64,000 bases of DNA from Eledone cirrhosa (taxonomy: Eukaryota): assembly GCA_964016885.1 (NCBI GenBank), contig OZ024752.1, positions 15,934,001 to 15,998,000 on the forward strand, written 5' to 3'. Numbering within the stretch: position 1 is the stretch's first letter; each line of letters starts with the position of its first letter. The notes under the pieces are model-generated. The model saw only the letters and a program-made list of their open reading frames with translations. It was not told the origin of the DNA and did no database searches. The translations under genes and the position numbers were made by a program. Positions 53,227 to 64,000 of this stretch are shown here, one piece after another.

Positions 53227-55057
53227 GACAACAACAATAATAATATACATATTCATATATATATACACACACACGCACATAAGCATATCTACACACACAC
53301 ACACATACACACGATAGCAACTAACAGTGCTGCGATCAAATGTGGCTTTTTAGCCCAGCCAATGATCTAAAATGTCTTGCACAGAGTCGGCAACCAAAAC
53401 ATTCACTGGGAATAGTCGGCTGTGGTTGGAGTTCGTGTACTTTTGCATGTCGCTTGAGCCCTCCTGCTGATTTACATTCTCTACCACATGTTTGGCAAGC
53501 ATGATGAGTAGCATCTCCAACAGCAGCCTGGTAGTCAACCACTGGTCTTACTTTATGACTGCGAAGATGACTTTCGAGTCCAGCTTTGCTTAGGCAGAGT
53601 CTCGCACAGACGCTGCATGTCAGAACCATAGGAGGACCCTCGCCGTCTGGAAGTGCGACAGCAATGCCCTTCCTCACGTCCCGCTTTACTTTCTCGTGTG
53701 CGATTCGAGATGCCTCAAAGGCAACTTTTCCCTCATATACAGTCTTTCTCCATTTATTACGATCAGCAGCAATATTTTCCTATGTATCAGCAGAGATGTT
53801 AGCGTCTTTCAGAGAGGCTTTCAAGGAATCCTTATACCTCTTTTTTGGTTTATGTGGCGGTCGTTTTCCTTTTACCAACTCTCCATAGAAGAGTTGTTTT
53901 GGTATTCTAGAATCCTTCATCCTGGCAAGGTGACCACTCCAACGGATTCGTTGCTTAAGCACAAGAGCTTCTATACTGTCACACATAGAGCTTTCCAAAA
54001 TCTCGACATCACTGATGTGGTCCCTCCAGTGAACGCCATGGATCCGTCTGAGACACATCTGATGGAAACGCTCCAATTGCTTAAGGTGGCGTCGATATGT
54101 GACCCAGGTCTCGCAGGCATAAAGAAGACAAGAGAGTACACATGCCCTGTACACCTTTACCTTTGTCCACCTGCATATGTCTCGCCGACCCCAGAGTCGC
54201 CTTTCTAGCTTTCCGAAAGCATCACTTGCTTTCCTAATCCTAAGTGAGATTTCACTGTCAAGGTTGCCGTATCGATTGACAGTGCTTTCCAGGTAGACAA
54301 ACTGATCAACCACTCCAAGTCGTTTGCCATACACATAGATGTTTGGTTCAGTGTACTGCTTACTAGGGGCAGGTTGGTACATGACGACGGTTTTCTTTAG
54401 ACTGACAGTCAAACCCAGGGCAGTGCAAGCGTCAGAAAATACATTCAAAATGTGCTGTATATCACTCTCTGTGTGCGCTACAAGATCGCAATCATCTGCA
54501 TACAAGAGGTCTCTTATGACTGATGTAAATACTTTTGTCTTCGCAGCAAAGCGCCTGATGTTAAATATGCTGCCTGAGGTTCGATATCGGATGTAAACAG
54601 CATGCTCGCAATTCCTGAATGCAATACAGAAAACCATTGCAAAGTATATGGCAAACAGGGTCGGTGCTGGAATATCCCCCTGTTTCACTCCATTTTTTAC
54701 TGAGATAGGCTCCGACATGTTACCTCCGACATTAACCCAAGCCTTCATGTCGTCATGGAAAGACCTAACTAAAGCAAGAAACTTATCAGGTCAACCAAGT
54801 TTCTGGAGAACCTTCCATAATGCATCTCTGTTGACAGTATCGAAAGCCTTTGTCAGATCGACAAAAACCTGATACAGATCCAAGCCCTGTTCAATGCACT
54901 TCTCCTGGAGCTGTCTAGCTGAGAAGATCATATCAGTAGTGCCGCGTCCAGCACGAAAACCAGATTGACTTTCAGGAAGGACACAATCTGCAATGTGTGT
55001 CAGCAGACGGTCCAGAAGCACCCTACATAAAACTTTCCCTACGACAGAAAGCAATGA
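52882..55057 (-). mobile_element. 5'-truncated RTE-clade LINE with three C-terminal C2H2 zinc fingers
   Basis: ORFs 54791-55054, 53780-54748 and 53336-53677 are one frame broken by TGA (G-C-P) and TAG (T-W-E); LPESQSGFR, FVDLTKAFDTV, GVKQG, LLYADD, LLYACETW, RWSGHLARM; probable 3' terminus at 52882-52925. Confidence 0.9.
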
Positions 55058-55629
55058 TTATACATACATACATGACATACATACATACATACATACATAC
55101 ATACATACATACATACATACATACATACATACATACATACATGTGTGTATAAGGTGTGTTTGTGTGTTTATATATATATAACTACGCATCGAGTGCTCAC
55201 TCTGATGAACCTACTGTAACTGAACGTTACAATCCCTAACTATATATAGAGAGAGATAGATAGATAGGGAGATAGATAAATAGGGAGATAGATATATGTA
55301 CACATATATTTACCCATACACTTACTCATACACATAAACATATATATAGAGATAGATAGACATGTGTGTGTGTATGTTTGTGTGTTTGTGTGTGTGTTTA
55401 TGTACATGTAAATATGACATACATGCACAGTAAAGTTGATATTAATTGTTGTCGGAGAGAATGATAGGAACAAACAAGGAAAGAAAGAAATTATTTCCGA
55501 TTGTCTACTATTATATAATTACTAATTATATTAAAATCTTCCCCTATACACAGGTGACATCTTTTTCTTCCCGTTAGGAAATGTGCTGCTTTTTTAACTA
55601 TATACTATATTCGGTAGTCAGAAGAGGTG

Positions 55630-55970
55630 TAAAAGCCGAACTCGCTATCTTCAATTCGATATTCGTACCAACCCTTATCTATGGTCATAAATCTTGGGTA
55701 ATAACCGAAAGAATACGATCGTGAATAAATGTGGCCGGTATGGCGTCCATTCGAAGAGTCTTTGGAGCAATGTTACTCAAAAGAATGCGTATCTCAGTGA
55801 TCAGAGGGTGACTCCAGGTAGTGCTGTTACTTCATCAAATTGAGAGGTCACAGCTCCGATACTATGGGAATGTGGTTAGAATGTCTCAGGAAAGAATCTC
55901 TGGACACATTTTATGGGCAAAACCAATCGGCTTGAGACCCTAGGCTAGACGCCGAGCAGGGAGATCTAGC
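55630..55970 (+). mobile_element. Decayed RTE (Rex3/Expander-like) fragment
   Basis: KAELAIFNSIFVPTLIYGHKSWVITERIRS*..IERSQLRYYGNVVRM..G.RP. Confidence 0.75.
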
Positions 55971-56319
55971 CGGTTCAGCGTGAGACGGATGAAATACGTT
56001 CTGGTGTTGAACTTTAGACTCCATACATATTTGGCCATTGCGTTGTCGTTTCTGAGTCAATATGTAGAAATGACCACTGGAAAACTTCCACTGCCAGGCT
56101 GATATAAAACCTAGTAACATCATGAGGTGAAGATACCTTACTGCAGACAGCACCTACTAATTCACATACCTTCTATTCGGGGAAGAGGTGATATGGAAAC
56201 GATTAAAAGGTTGCTTAAACCTGTTTACATTTCTGTGAGTGACAAATATATTTCTGGCACAATTTTTACAAGTGTTTGTATAATTATATATACATGTGTG
56301 TGTGTGTGTGTGTGTGTGT

Positions 56320-56398
<79 letters not shown>

Positions 56399-56504
56399 CA
56401 TAACGGGGGAGAGACATATATATATATATAGTGTATATATATATATATATATATATATATGCATACACACACAAATACATATATACATATATGCACACAT
56501 AAGT

Positions 56505-56730
56505 GACAAAGAGGGTGTGGTAAGATACCATTTGGATCATAACGCACCAGAGTACTCAATATTTAGGGTAATAGAGTGGGTATAGGAACAGAGTCAGAAC
56601 CCCGGCGGCTGAACTCCGGTCGTTTCAACAGCTAGACCCGAACTAAACCACCTAAATACTGGTGGCTTAGTTCGGATCTAGCTGTCGAAACGACCGAAGC
56701 TCGGCCGTCGGGATTCTGACTCTTTTCCTA
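56505..56730. mobile_element. Family B fold-back
   Basis: Shared 3' pLTR-like part; arms 56581-56653 and 56663-56731. Confidence 0.75.
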
Positions 56731-56750
56731 TTACATATAAATATATATAT

Positions 56751-57597
56751 AAGTATAAATTCAGCGAAAATCGCATTACGACTGGTAGAAAAAGTGAAAC
56801 CTAACTAAATTCCGAGTCATGCTGGCAAGCGCTCCATAGGCTAAAAAAGACCAGAGCAATAAACATAGGTTATAAAGGCCATACAAACTGAGAAGGCGGT
56901 CAAGAAGCCATTAACCACCTAAGCCAAAAAACAAGTCAAGTTAAACAGGTCAGACAAAATAAATGATATAATCATATATATATATATATATACATATACA
57001 TTTATATATAACAAACCTGGACCCTAGGAATTGATGGTAAAATCCAGTACAGGGTTTCTGTGACACCTAAATTAATAATACTGTCTGCTTAAAACAATAA
57101 GCTACTGGTATAATGATCGAACGAGGAATATCACGTTATCAACAGGTATTTTGTTCTGCGCAGGTGTTGTGGATGACACAGTGTCTTGTAAAAGAACATG
57201 CGTAACTCACATGGGAAAAAACGCCAGATTTTCGCAAATGAATTTAGTATGTGTAAATCCATACAAAAAAATTGCATAAATAGCACAAATCGGATAAGCT
57301 CTCGGCTGCGTAGTTTTTAAAATAAATTTATGCAATTAATCTGTCAATAGAATTATTAACAGGTTAATTGTAAGACTCGGGAGATTAATACAAGTATAAA
57401 TTCAGCGAAAATCGAATTACGACTGGTAGAAAAAGCGAAACGTAACGCAAGTTCCGAGTCATGCTGGCAAGCGTTCCATAGGCTAATAAAGACCAGAGCA
57501 ATAAACATAGGTTACAAACTGAGAAGGCGGTCAAGAAGCCATTAACCACCTAAGTCAAAAAACAAGTCAAGCTAAACAGGTCAGACAAAATAAATGA
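56751..57597. repeat. ~210-bp direct repeats (56751-56966 and 57392-57597) flanking a unique spacer
   Basis: AAGTATAAATTCAGCGAAAATCG..CAGGTCAGACAAAATAAATGA occurs twice. Confidence 0.85.
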
Positions 57598-57619
57598 CAT
57601 ATATATATATATATGTTTT

Positions 57620-57840
57620 TTCCCGGATTCAATCGGGGGTAACCAGAGTAAGTAAGGTACTCAATACAAAGCATAGTATATAATTAATATAGAAAAGCTT
57701 CTACAAGACTAGAACTGTTTTATTCGGGAGAAATCACCAGATCTTCCTTATGATTTCTCCCGAATGAAACAGGTCTAGTCCTGTAGAAGCCATTTCTATA
57801 TTAAATATGCCATTTCTAGTCCTGTAGAAGCCATTTCTAT
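57620..57840. mobile_element. Family D fold-back (decayed HHR cores)
   Basis: matches 34297-34478. Confidence 0.75.
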
Positions 57841-57878
57841 ATATATATATGTGTGTGTGTGGCTGTGTGTGTGTGTGT

Positions 57879-57954
<76 letters not shown>

Positions 57955-58354
57955 ATTTATGTTTGCTATTGTCTGTGTCTATATATATATTTATATATTT
58001 TCATTTGCACCTGTGGTAGTGCCAGTATCTGCATTCGTGATAATACATTAAATTTTAATATCTGGATTATTTACTGTAGTATTAGAGGTTATATTAGAGA
58101 CTTTGTTTAGGTTAGTGCTGGTTTTATTGCAACATATGTTGGATTTCGTCGTTTTATTGCGAGTATTTGTATTTCTGTGTTGGTACATGTGTTAGCATAG
58201 GTTATTTGGTCTTATATTGATATTTCTGTTTGTATTGCTATTTGTGTTTATATTTCTGTATGTTTATGCCCTTGCGTATACAATTGTATATATATTTCTG
58301 CGTATAAATATATATATATATTTATATATATATAGTAGTAATAATATTAAATGG

Positions 58355-58560
58355 GTAGACTAAAATCCAATGGGGGCTCGATAAGGATAAATATATATCA
58401 AGTATATAAGAAACCTAGAGCACATATTTATTAAAATAACAGATGAAAGTTTAGGCAAAGAATCGCTGCTTTCACCCTTTATGGGATCTTCTGAAGATCC
58501 CATAAAGGGTGAAAGCAGCGATTCTTTGCTTATACTTTAATCTGTTATTTTAATAAATAT
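58355..58560. mobile_element. Family C fold-back
   Basis: TTTCACCCTTTATGGGATCTTC t GAAGATCCCATAAAGGGTGAAA, centred on CTGAAGA. Confidence 0.75.
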
Positions 58561-58707
58561 ATATATATATATTTATATATAGATACAATAAATATATATA
58601 CATATATATATACATATATATATATACATACATATATATATATACATATATATATATATTCATATATATATACATATATATGTACATATATATACATATA
58701 TATATAC

Positions 58708-58742
<35 letters not shown>

Positions 58743-58844
58743 CATACTCACACACACGCACATTATATATATATATAATGTGCGTGTGTGTGAGTATGTA
58801 TGTATATATATATGTATGTATATATATGTATATATATATGTATA

Positions 58845-58905
<61 letters not shown>

Positions 58906-58940
58906 ATATATGTATATATATATATGTATGTATATATATG

Positions 58941-58971
<31 letters not shown>

Positions 58972-59262
58972 GTGTATATATATATATATGTGTATATATA
59001 TATATGTGTCTATATATATGTATATATATGTATATGTATATATATATGTATATATATATGTATGTATATGTATATATATGTATATATATGTATATATATA
59101 TGTATATATATGTATATGTATATATATGTATATATATATGTATATATATGTATATATATATGTATATTTATATGTATATATATATGTATGTATATATATA
59201 TATATGTATATATATATGTATATATATGTATATGTATATATATGTATATATATGAATATATG

Positions 59263-59315
<53 letters not shown>

Positions 59316-59334
59316 ATGTGTGTGTGTGTAAATG

Positions 59335-59530
59335 TCTAATGGTAGCTAAGATGATTCCGTGGACGGTATGCCGGTTGAGCACATGATCCGAAATACATAG
59401 ACGTGTCTGAGGAACCACCGAGACTAGAGTCCGATAGAACCACAAATGGATCGTACCTCGAGCTTTTCGCCGGGGAAACAATTGTAACACACAATAAATT
59501 GAGTTCCGATGCATCATTGATTTTTCGCTT
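59335..59530 (+). mobile_element. Family E copy with HHR at 59403-59490
   Basis: GTGT-CTGAGGA-~60 nt-GAAA-CAATTG-TA-ACAC. Confidence 0.7.
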
Positions 59531-59647
59531 TCGATTATATATATATATATATGTATATATGCAAAGGTTCTATTTAAAATTGTTGGGATACAACAAGTAA
59601 ATATTTTATAACTGATATAAAGCACTCGACAAGTTTTTGGAGTAGAT

Positions 59648-60003
59648 ATACGATATTAAATAAATGGAAACTATATTTATAAAACCATATTTATTTCATT
59701 ATATATATTTCAGGGATACCAAATTAAAATATGGTATGCCTTCATCAGACAAAATACAATATATAAACAGTTTTATAAATAATTTTGACGTATAATTTTG
59801 ACGTATAATTTTGACTATCCAAACAGCTTCCAAAAATAATGGTTGCATCTAATAGGATACGTCAAAATTATTTATAAAACTGTTTATATATTGTATTTTG
59901 TCTGATGAAGGCATACCATATTTTAATTTGGTATCCCTGAAATATATATAATGAAATAAATATGGTTTTATAAATATAGTTTCCATTTATTTAATATCGT
60001 ATA
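59648..60003. mobile_element. Fold-back element with two complete HHRs (59693-59755 -, 59895-59957 +)
   Basis: TTTTGT-CTGATGA-AGGcATACCA..TGGTATcCCT-GAAA-TATATA-TA-ATGAAA; ~150-bp perfect arms. Confidence 0.8.
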
Positions 60004-60034
60004 TATGTATATATATATATTATATATATATATA

Positions 60035-60231
60035 ACGAAGGAAATGTGGTAAGGAACCAGATGGACCATAACGCACCAAAGTACTCAATACTTAGGGTAG
60101 TAGAGTGGGTAATTGGAACAAGTATGACCCCGACGGCAGAGCTCAAGCAGTTTCGACGGCTAATTCTGGACTCAGAGTCCAGAATTAGCCGTCGAAACGG
60201 CTTGAGTTCAGCCGTCGGAGTCCTACTCATT

Positions 60232-60235
<4 letters not shown>
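60035..60235. mobile_element. Family B fold-back
   Basis: Nearly identical to 6470-6612; centre TAATTCTGGACTC a GAGTCCAGAATTA. Confidence 0.78.
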
Positions 60236-60311
<76 letters not shown>

Positions 60312-60519
60312 AATCTATGTATGTATATATGTATATAAATGTATGTATGTATATATATATATAAATGTATGTATATATATATAAATGTATGTATGTATAT
60401 ATATATATAAATGTATGTATGTATATATATATATAAATATATGTATGTATATATATATATAAATGTATGTATGTATATATATATAAATGTATGTATGTAT
60501 ATATATATATAAATATATG

Positions 60520-60566
<47 letters not shown>

Positions 60567-60677
60567 GCATATGTATATATATATATATGTGTATATATAT
60601 ATATATCCATATGTATATGTATGTATATATATATGTATATATATATATGTATATATCTCTCTATATATATATATGTA

Positions 60678-60774
<97 letters not shown>

Positions 60775-61056
60775 TAAATCATGTCCTTAGAATTATTAGA
60801 TAACATATATACCATTTCCTCTCCCAATTAGCATAATTAACCATATAAAAAAATCAATTAGACCAGGCTATAAGAATAAAGGCACCTATGAAGAAATATT
60901 TGAAAAATAACCGAAAGCAGCCTCTTCGCGGTAACCTCAATACAGTATTTACCCAACATTTCAACAGCATGTAGAAACTGACTAAATATACCGTCAATCA
61001 TACACAATTAGGTTTAAATTTAAACTTAGAAGAAACGTGTACATACCGTAATTACA

Positions 61057-61133
61057 TCTCTACCATGGTTTCGTCCGTATTTTTAGATATCCTATTGTTA
61101 GGATGAATCTAGAGTAACAGACTCTTCAGGAGA
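61057..61133 (-). ncRNA. Type I HHR with extended stem II
   Basis: TCTC-CTGAAGA-GTCTGT..(TAGAT/ATCTA, ATCCTA/TAGGAT)..ACGGAC-GAAA-CCATGG-TA-GAGA. Confidence 0.8.
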
Positions 61134-61289
61134 CAGACTCAAGTTGGACAGTTAATTTTCCAAAGCGATCGCGCCAAAAATCAAAAATAGATTCAAAAAT
61201 GGCAAAGAATTGTGACGTGGCAGTGGTCAAGTTAGAAAGAATGTGATTAGTTGCTTACGGCGGGTAGATATATATATATGTATATACCT

Positions 61290-61384
61290 GGCACAGTCTC
61301 GAAAAAGTTGCCGCTGATCGTGACCGTTGGCGAGTACTTACTGCTCGATGCACCGAACGGCGCGGAAGAATCTATGAGACTAAG
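61290..61384 (+). mobile_element. Short RTE-like 3' end
   Basis: [25 protein letters not shown] resembles the A.DR..WR C-terminal motif. Confidence 0.45.
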
Positions 61385-61450
61385 ATATATATATGTATAT
61401 ATATATATAAATATATGTATATATATATGCATATATATATATTTATATAT

Positions 61451-61505
<55 letters not shown>

Positions 61506-61592
61506 TATATATATGCATATATATATATATTTATATATATATATATATATATGCATATATATATATATATATGCATATATATATATATATTA

Positions 61593-62200
61593 TGGTCAGG
61601 TCACCAGTTGGTGCTACTGGTAACATGTATCCTAGTACAACCTGTTTCATGGTCGGGTGTTTGGCGACTAAACTGGCAACCCCACCAAGGTTTCTTGGTG
61701 AGGAGAGTGACTTAGGGCATCCTGCAGGACTAAAAACAAAACTGGTCTAAGGGCAAAGGAGCTCTTAAGTGTCAATGGCCATCCAAAATCACCGGGAGAG
61801 ATGACCATTAGCCTTTGTCAAGGCAGAATTCTAGGAGAAGGAAAACTCTTATATAACACATGCAACCCTGATGGTATCCAATAATGTTGACTCGTTCTTC
61901 TTTTTGGTAAATATCATCTTGGTTAAGAGAGTGGGACTGGCTTTGTGCAGTGCCTTTGCTCACTATAGAAGCTTCAAGGCACAGGCATTGCTTTATATCT
62001 GGAGATCTCTCTGCACTTGTCGTTACATGGTACCATGGGCCCAGCACTGTGTGTCAATAATTGTCACAAGTGTAGTGTTTGTACCAGAGTTTTCAAGTCA
62101 CTGGCTGGACTAAAAAGTCAAACTCGTTCAGCGGATCGGTAGAGGTTCTCCTACATGGATACACGGTACTGCCCGTCCTCGAAAACGAGTTGGCAGCCAC
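61593..62200 (+). mobile_element. Non-autonomous bipartite RTE-derived element (second copy)
   Basis: collinear with 27176-27785. Confidence 0.7.
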
Positions 62201-62222
62201 TATATACATATATATACATATG

Positions 62223-62294
<72 letters not shown>

Positions 62295-62302
62295 TGTATG
62301 TT

Positions 62303-62339
<37 letters not shown>

Positions 62340-62494
62340 GTATGTTTATATATATATATGTATGTATGTATGTTTATATATATATATATGTATGATTGTA
62401 TGTTTATATATATATATAGATATATATATGTATGTATGTTTATATATATATAAATATGTATGTATGTTTATATATATATATATGTATGTATATT

Positions 62495-62539
<45 letters not shown>

Positions 62540-62637
62540 GTATGTATGTATACATATATATATATATATATATGTATGTATATATATATATATGTATATA
62601 TACATATATATATATGTATATATATATGTATATATAC

Positions 62638-62707
<70 letters not shown>

Positions 62708-62986
62708 GTATATATACATATATATATACATATATATATATATATGTGCACAAGTGAAACGATCGATTTCATGTCACAATTGGAGCCTGTCGACATATAA
62801 CACGCAAGATCCTACACTTTCTGATGCATACACACGCCAGCAAACACCTCCTACACACAGATTCCAGGGTTCGCGCTTGACTGTACACGTGTCTGTGTTC
62901 GCGTGGCACTGAGTGCTGCGGTGCCGTCGTCGGTGTTGAATGCTTCCTAACATTTACTCTTCCTCCCCCCATCATTTCTCATGAAC

Positions 62987-63096
<110 letters not shown>

Positions 63097-64000
63097 ATAT
63101 ATATATATATGTACAGAGGTATCCACAGTAAGTTGTGGGGTCTATTCTGCATGAAGAACTCGATGTAATCCATATGTTGAAATTTTGTAGGTTAAGATAA
63201 ATGCCGGTAAACAATAAAACATTAAAAGGAAAACAGAGTCATGATATAAGTTAAAACAATAAAATTAAAAATCAAGCCATTAGAGATATACTTCACTGCT
63301 TTACGATCGTTTCTAGGTGATGATAATACATTGTAGCTATACTCCGTTATTTATCTATGTATGGTTAGTTACAAAATATCAGATAAAGAGAATCTTTACT
63401 TACATGCATTTCACCAGCTGTTTTCAAAAGCAATAATAATTTTATTCAGAATTAGTAGTATGTTATTATCATGTCCTTATTTGGAGGTAGTTGAAGAACT
63501 AACCAATCAAATTGTTTTTTTTTCATATGGTGTTAAGATGAAAAGTAATACACTTTGGTTGAGGTCATGACCCTTTGAAAGGAATGGTTGAATGGCGTTA
63601 ATAGAATTGGCATACAAATCTATTAGGAGGAAAGGGATTGTCAAACTGATAGTTGAATGTATCTGGTATAGTGAAGTTTAAAAGGAATGTAAAAATATGT
63701 ATATATATATATATATGTTATATATATATACATATGTTATATGTATATATATATATATAACCAAAGACTAATATGGTTCATTGATTCCTAAATGAATATA
63801 GTTTTACAATAGATTAAAAGCACTCTACAAAGAAGTGTTCTGGAGTTAGTAATATTATTCAAAATATTAATAAATGAATACGTTCACCTAATCAAAATAT
63901 ATGTTTTATTATATATATTTCGGAGGTACTGTGCTGTTTTTTCAGTACGCACTCACCAGATAAAATATATGAATTGATGTATGACATACCTCAACTGTCT

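Noticed and set aside
53336-53677. Stand-alone host C2H2 zinc-finger gene
   Set aside because: In frame with the RTE reverse transcriptase and lacks Kruppel-type linkers
54791-54793. TGA at a Cys position in the RTE as recoding
   Set aside because: The same copy has a TAG at a Trp position and is 5'-truncated; ordinary decay
55180-55245. CTGATGA with flanking hairpins
   Set aside because: No GAAA or stem III; cannot be called an HHR

Overview
Eukaryotic, AT-rich, microsatellite-saturated DNA. The tRNA-derived SINE types and the density of (TA)n, (CA)n and (GATA)n repeats point to an octopus or other coleoid cephalopod; this is an inference. No host gene could be identified with confidence, and nearly all listed ORFs are translations of simple repeats. 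The real content is retroelements. There are four Penelope-like element (PLE) RT/GIY-YIG remnants (1-610, 17.05-18.76 kb, 28.4-30.1 kb and a near-intact copy at 42.7-45.55 kb), a Tx1/L1 LINE plus two 3' ends, an RTE LINE with three C-terminal C2H2 fingers, Rex3-like and CRE-like fragments, bipartite RTE-derived elements, many SINEs, two MITEs and a 39x39-bp minisatellite. The main unannotated signal is RNA-structural. By manual reading, about 30 complete, degenerate or half type I hammerhead ribozyme (HHR) motifs from roughly 15 sequence families sit in short fold-back elements embedded in (TA)n. One of these is a ~1.55-kb palindrome of identical 310-bp HHR-bearing monomers (30121-31686) that looks like a retrozyme/circRNA array. 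The inversion points of the fold-backs repeatedly fall inside the ribozyme core. All coordinates and pairings were read by eye.
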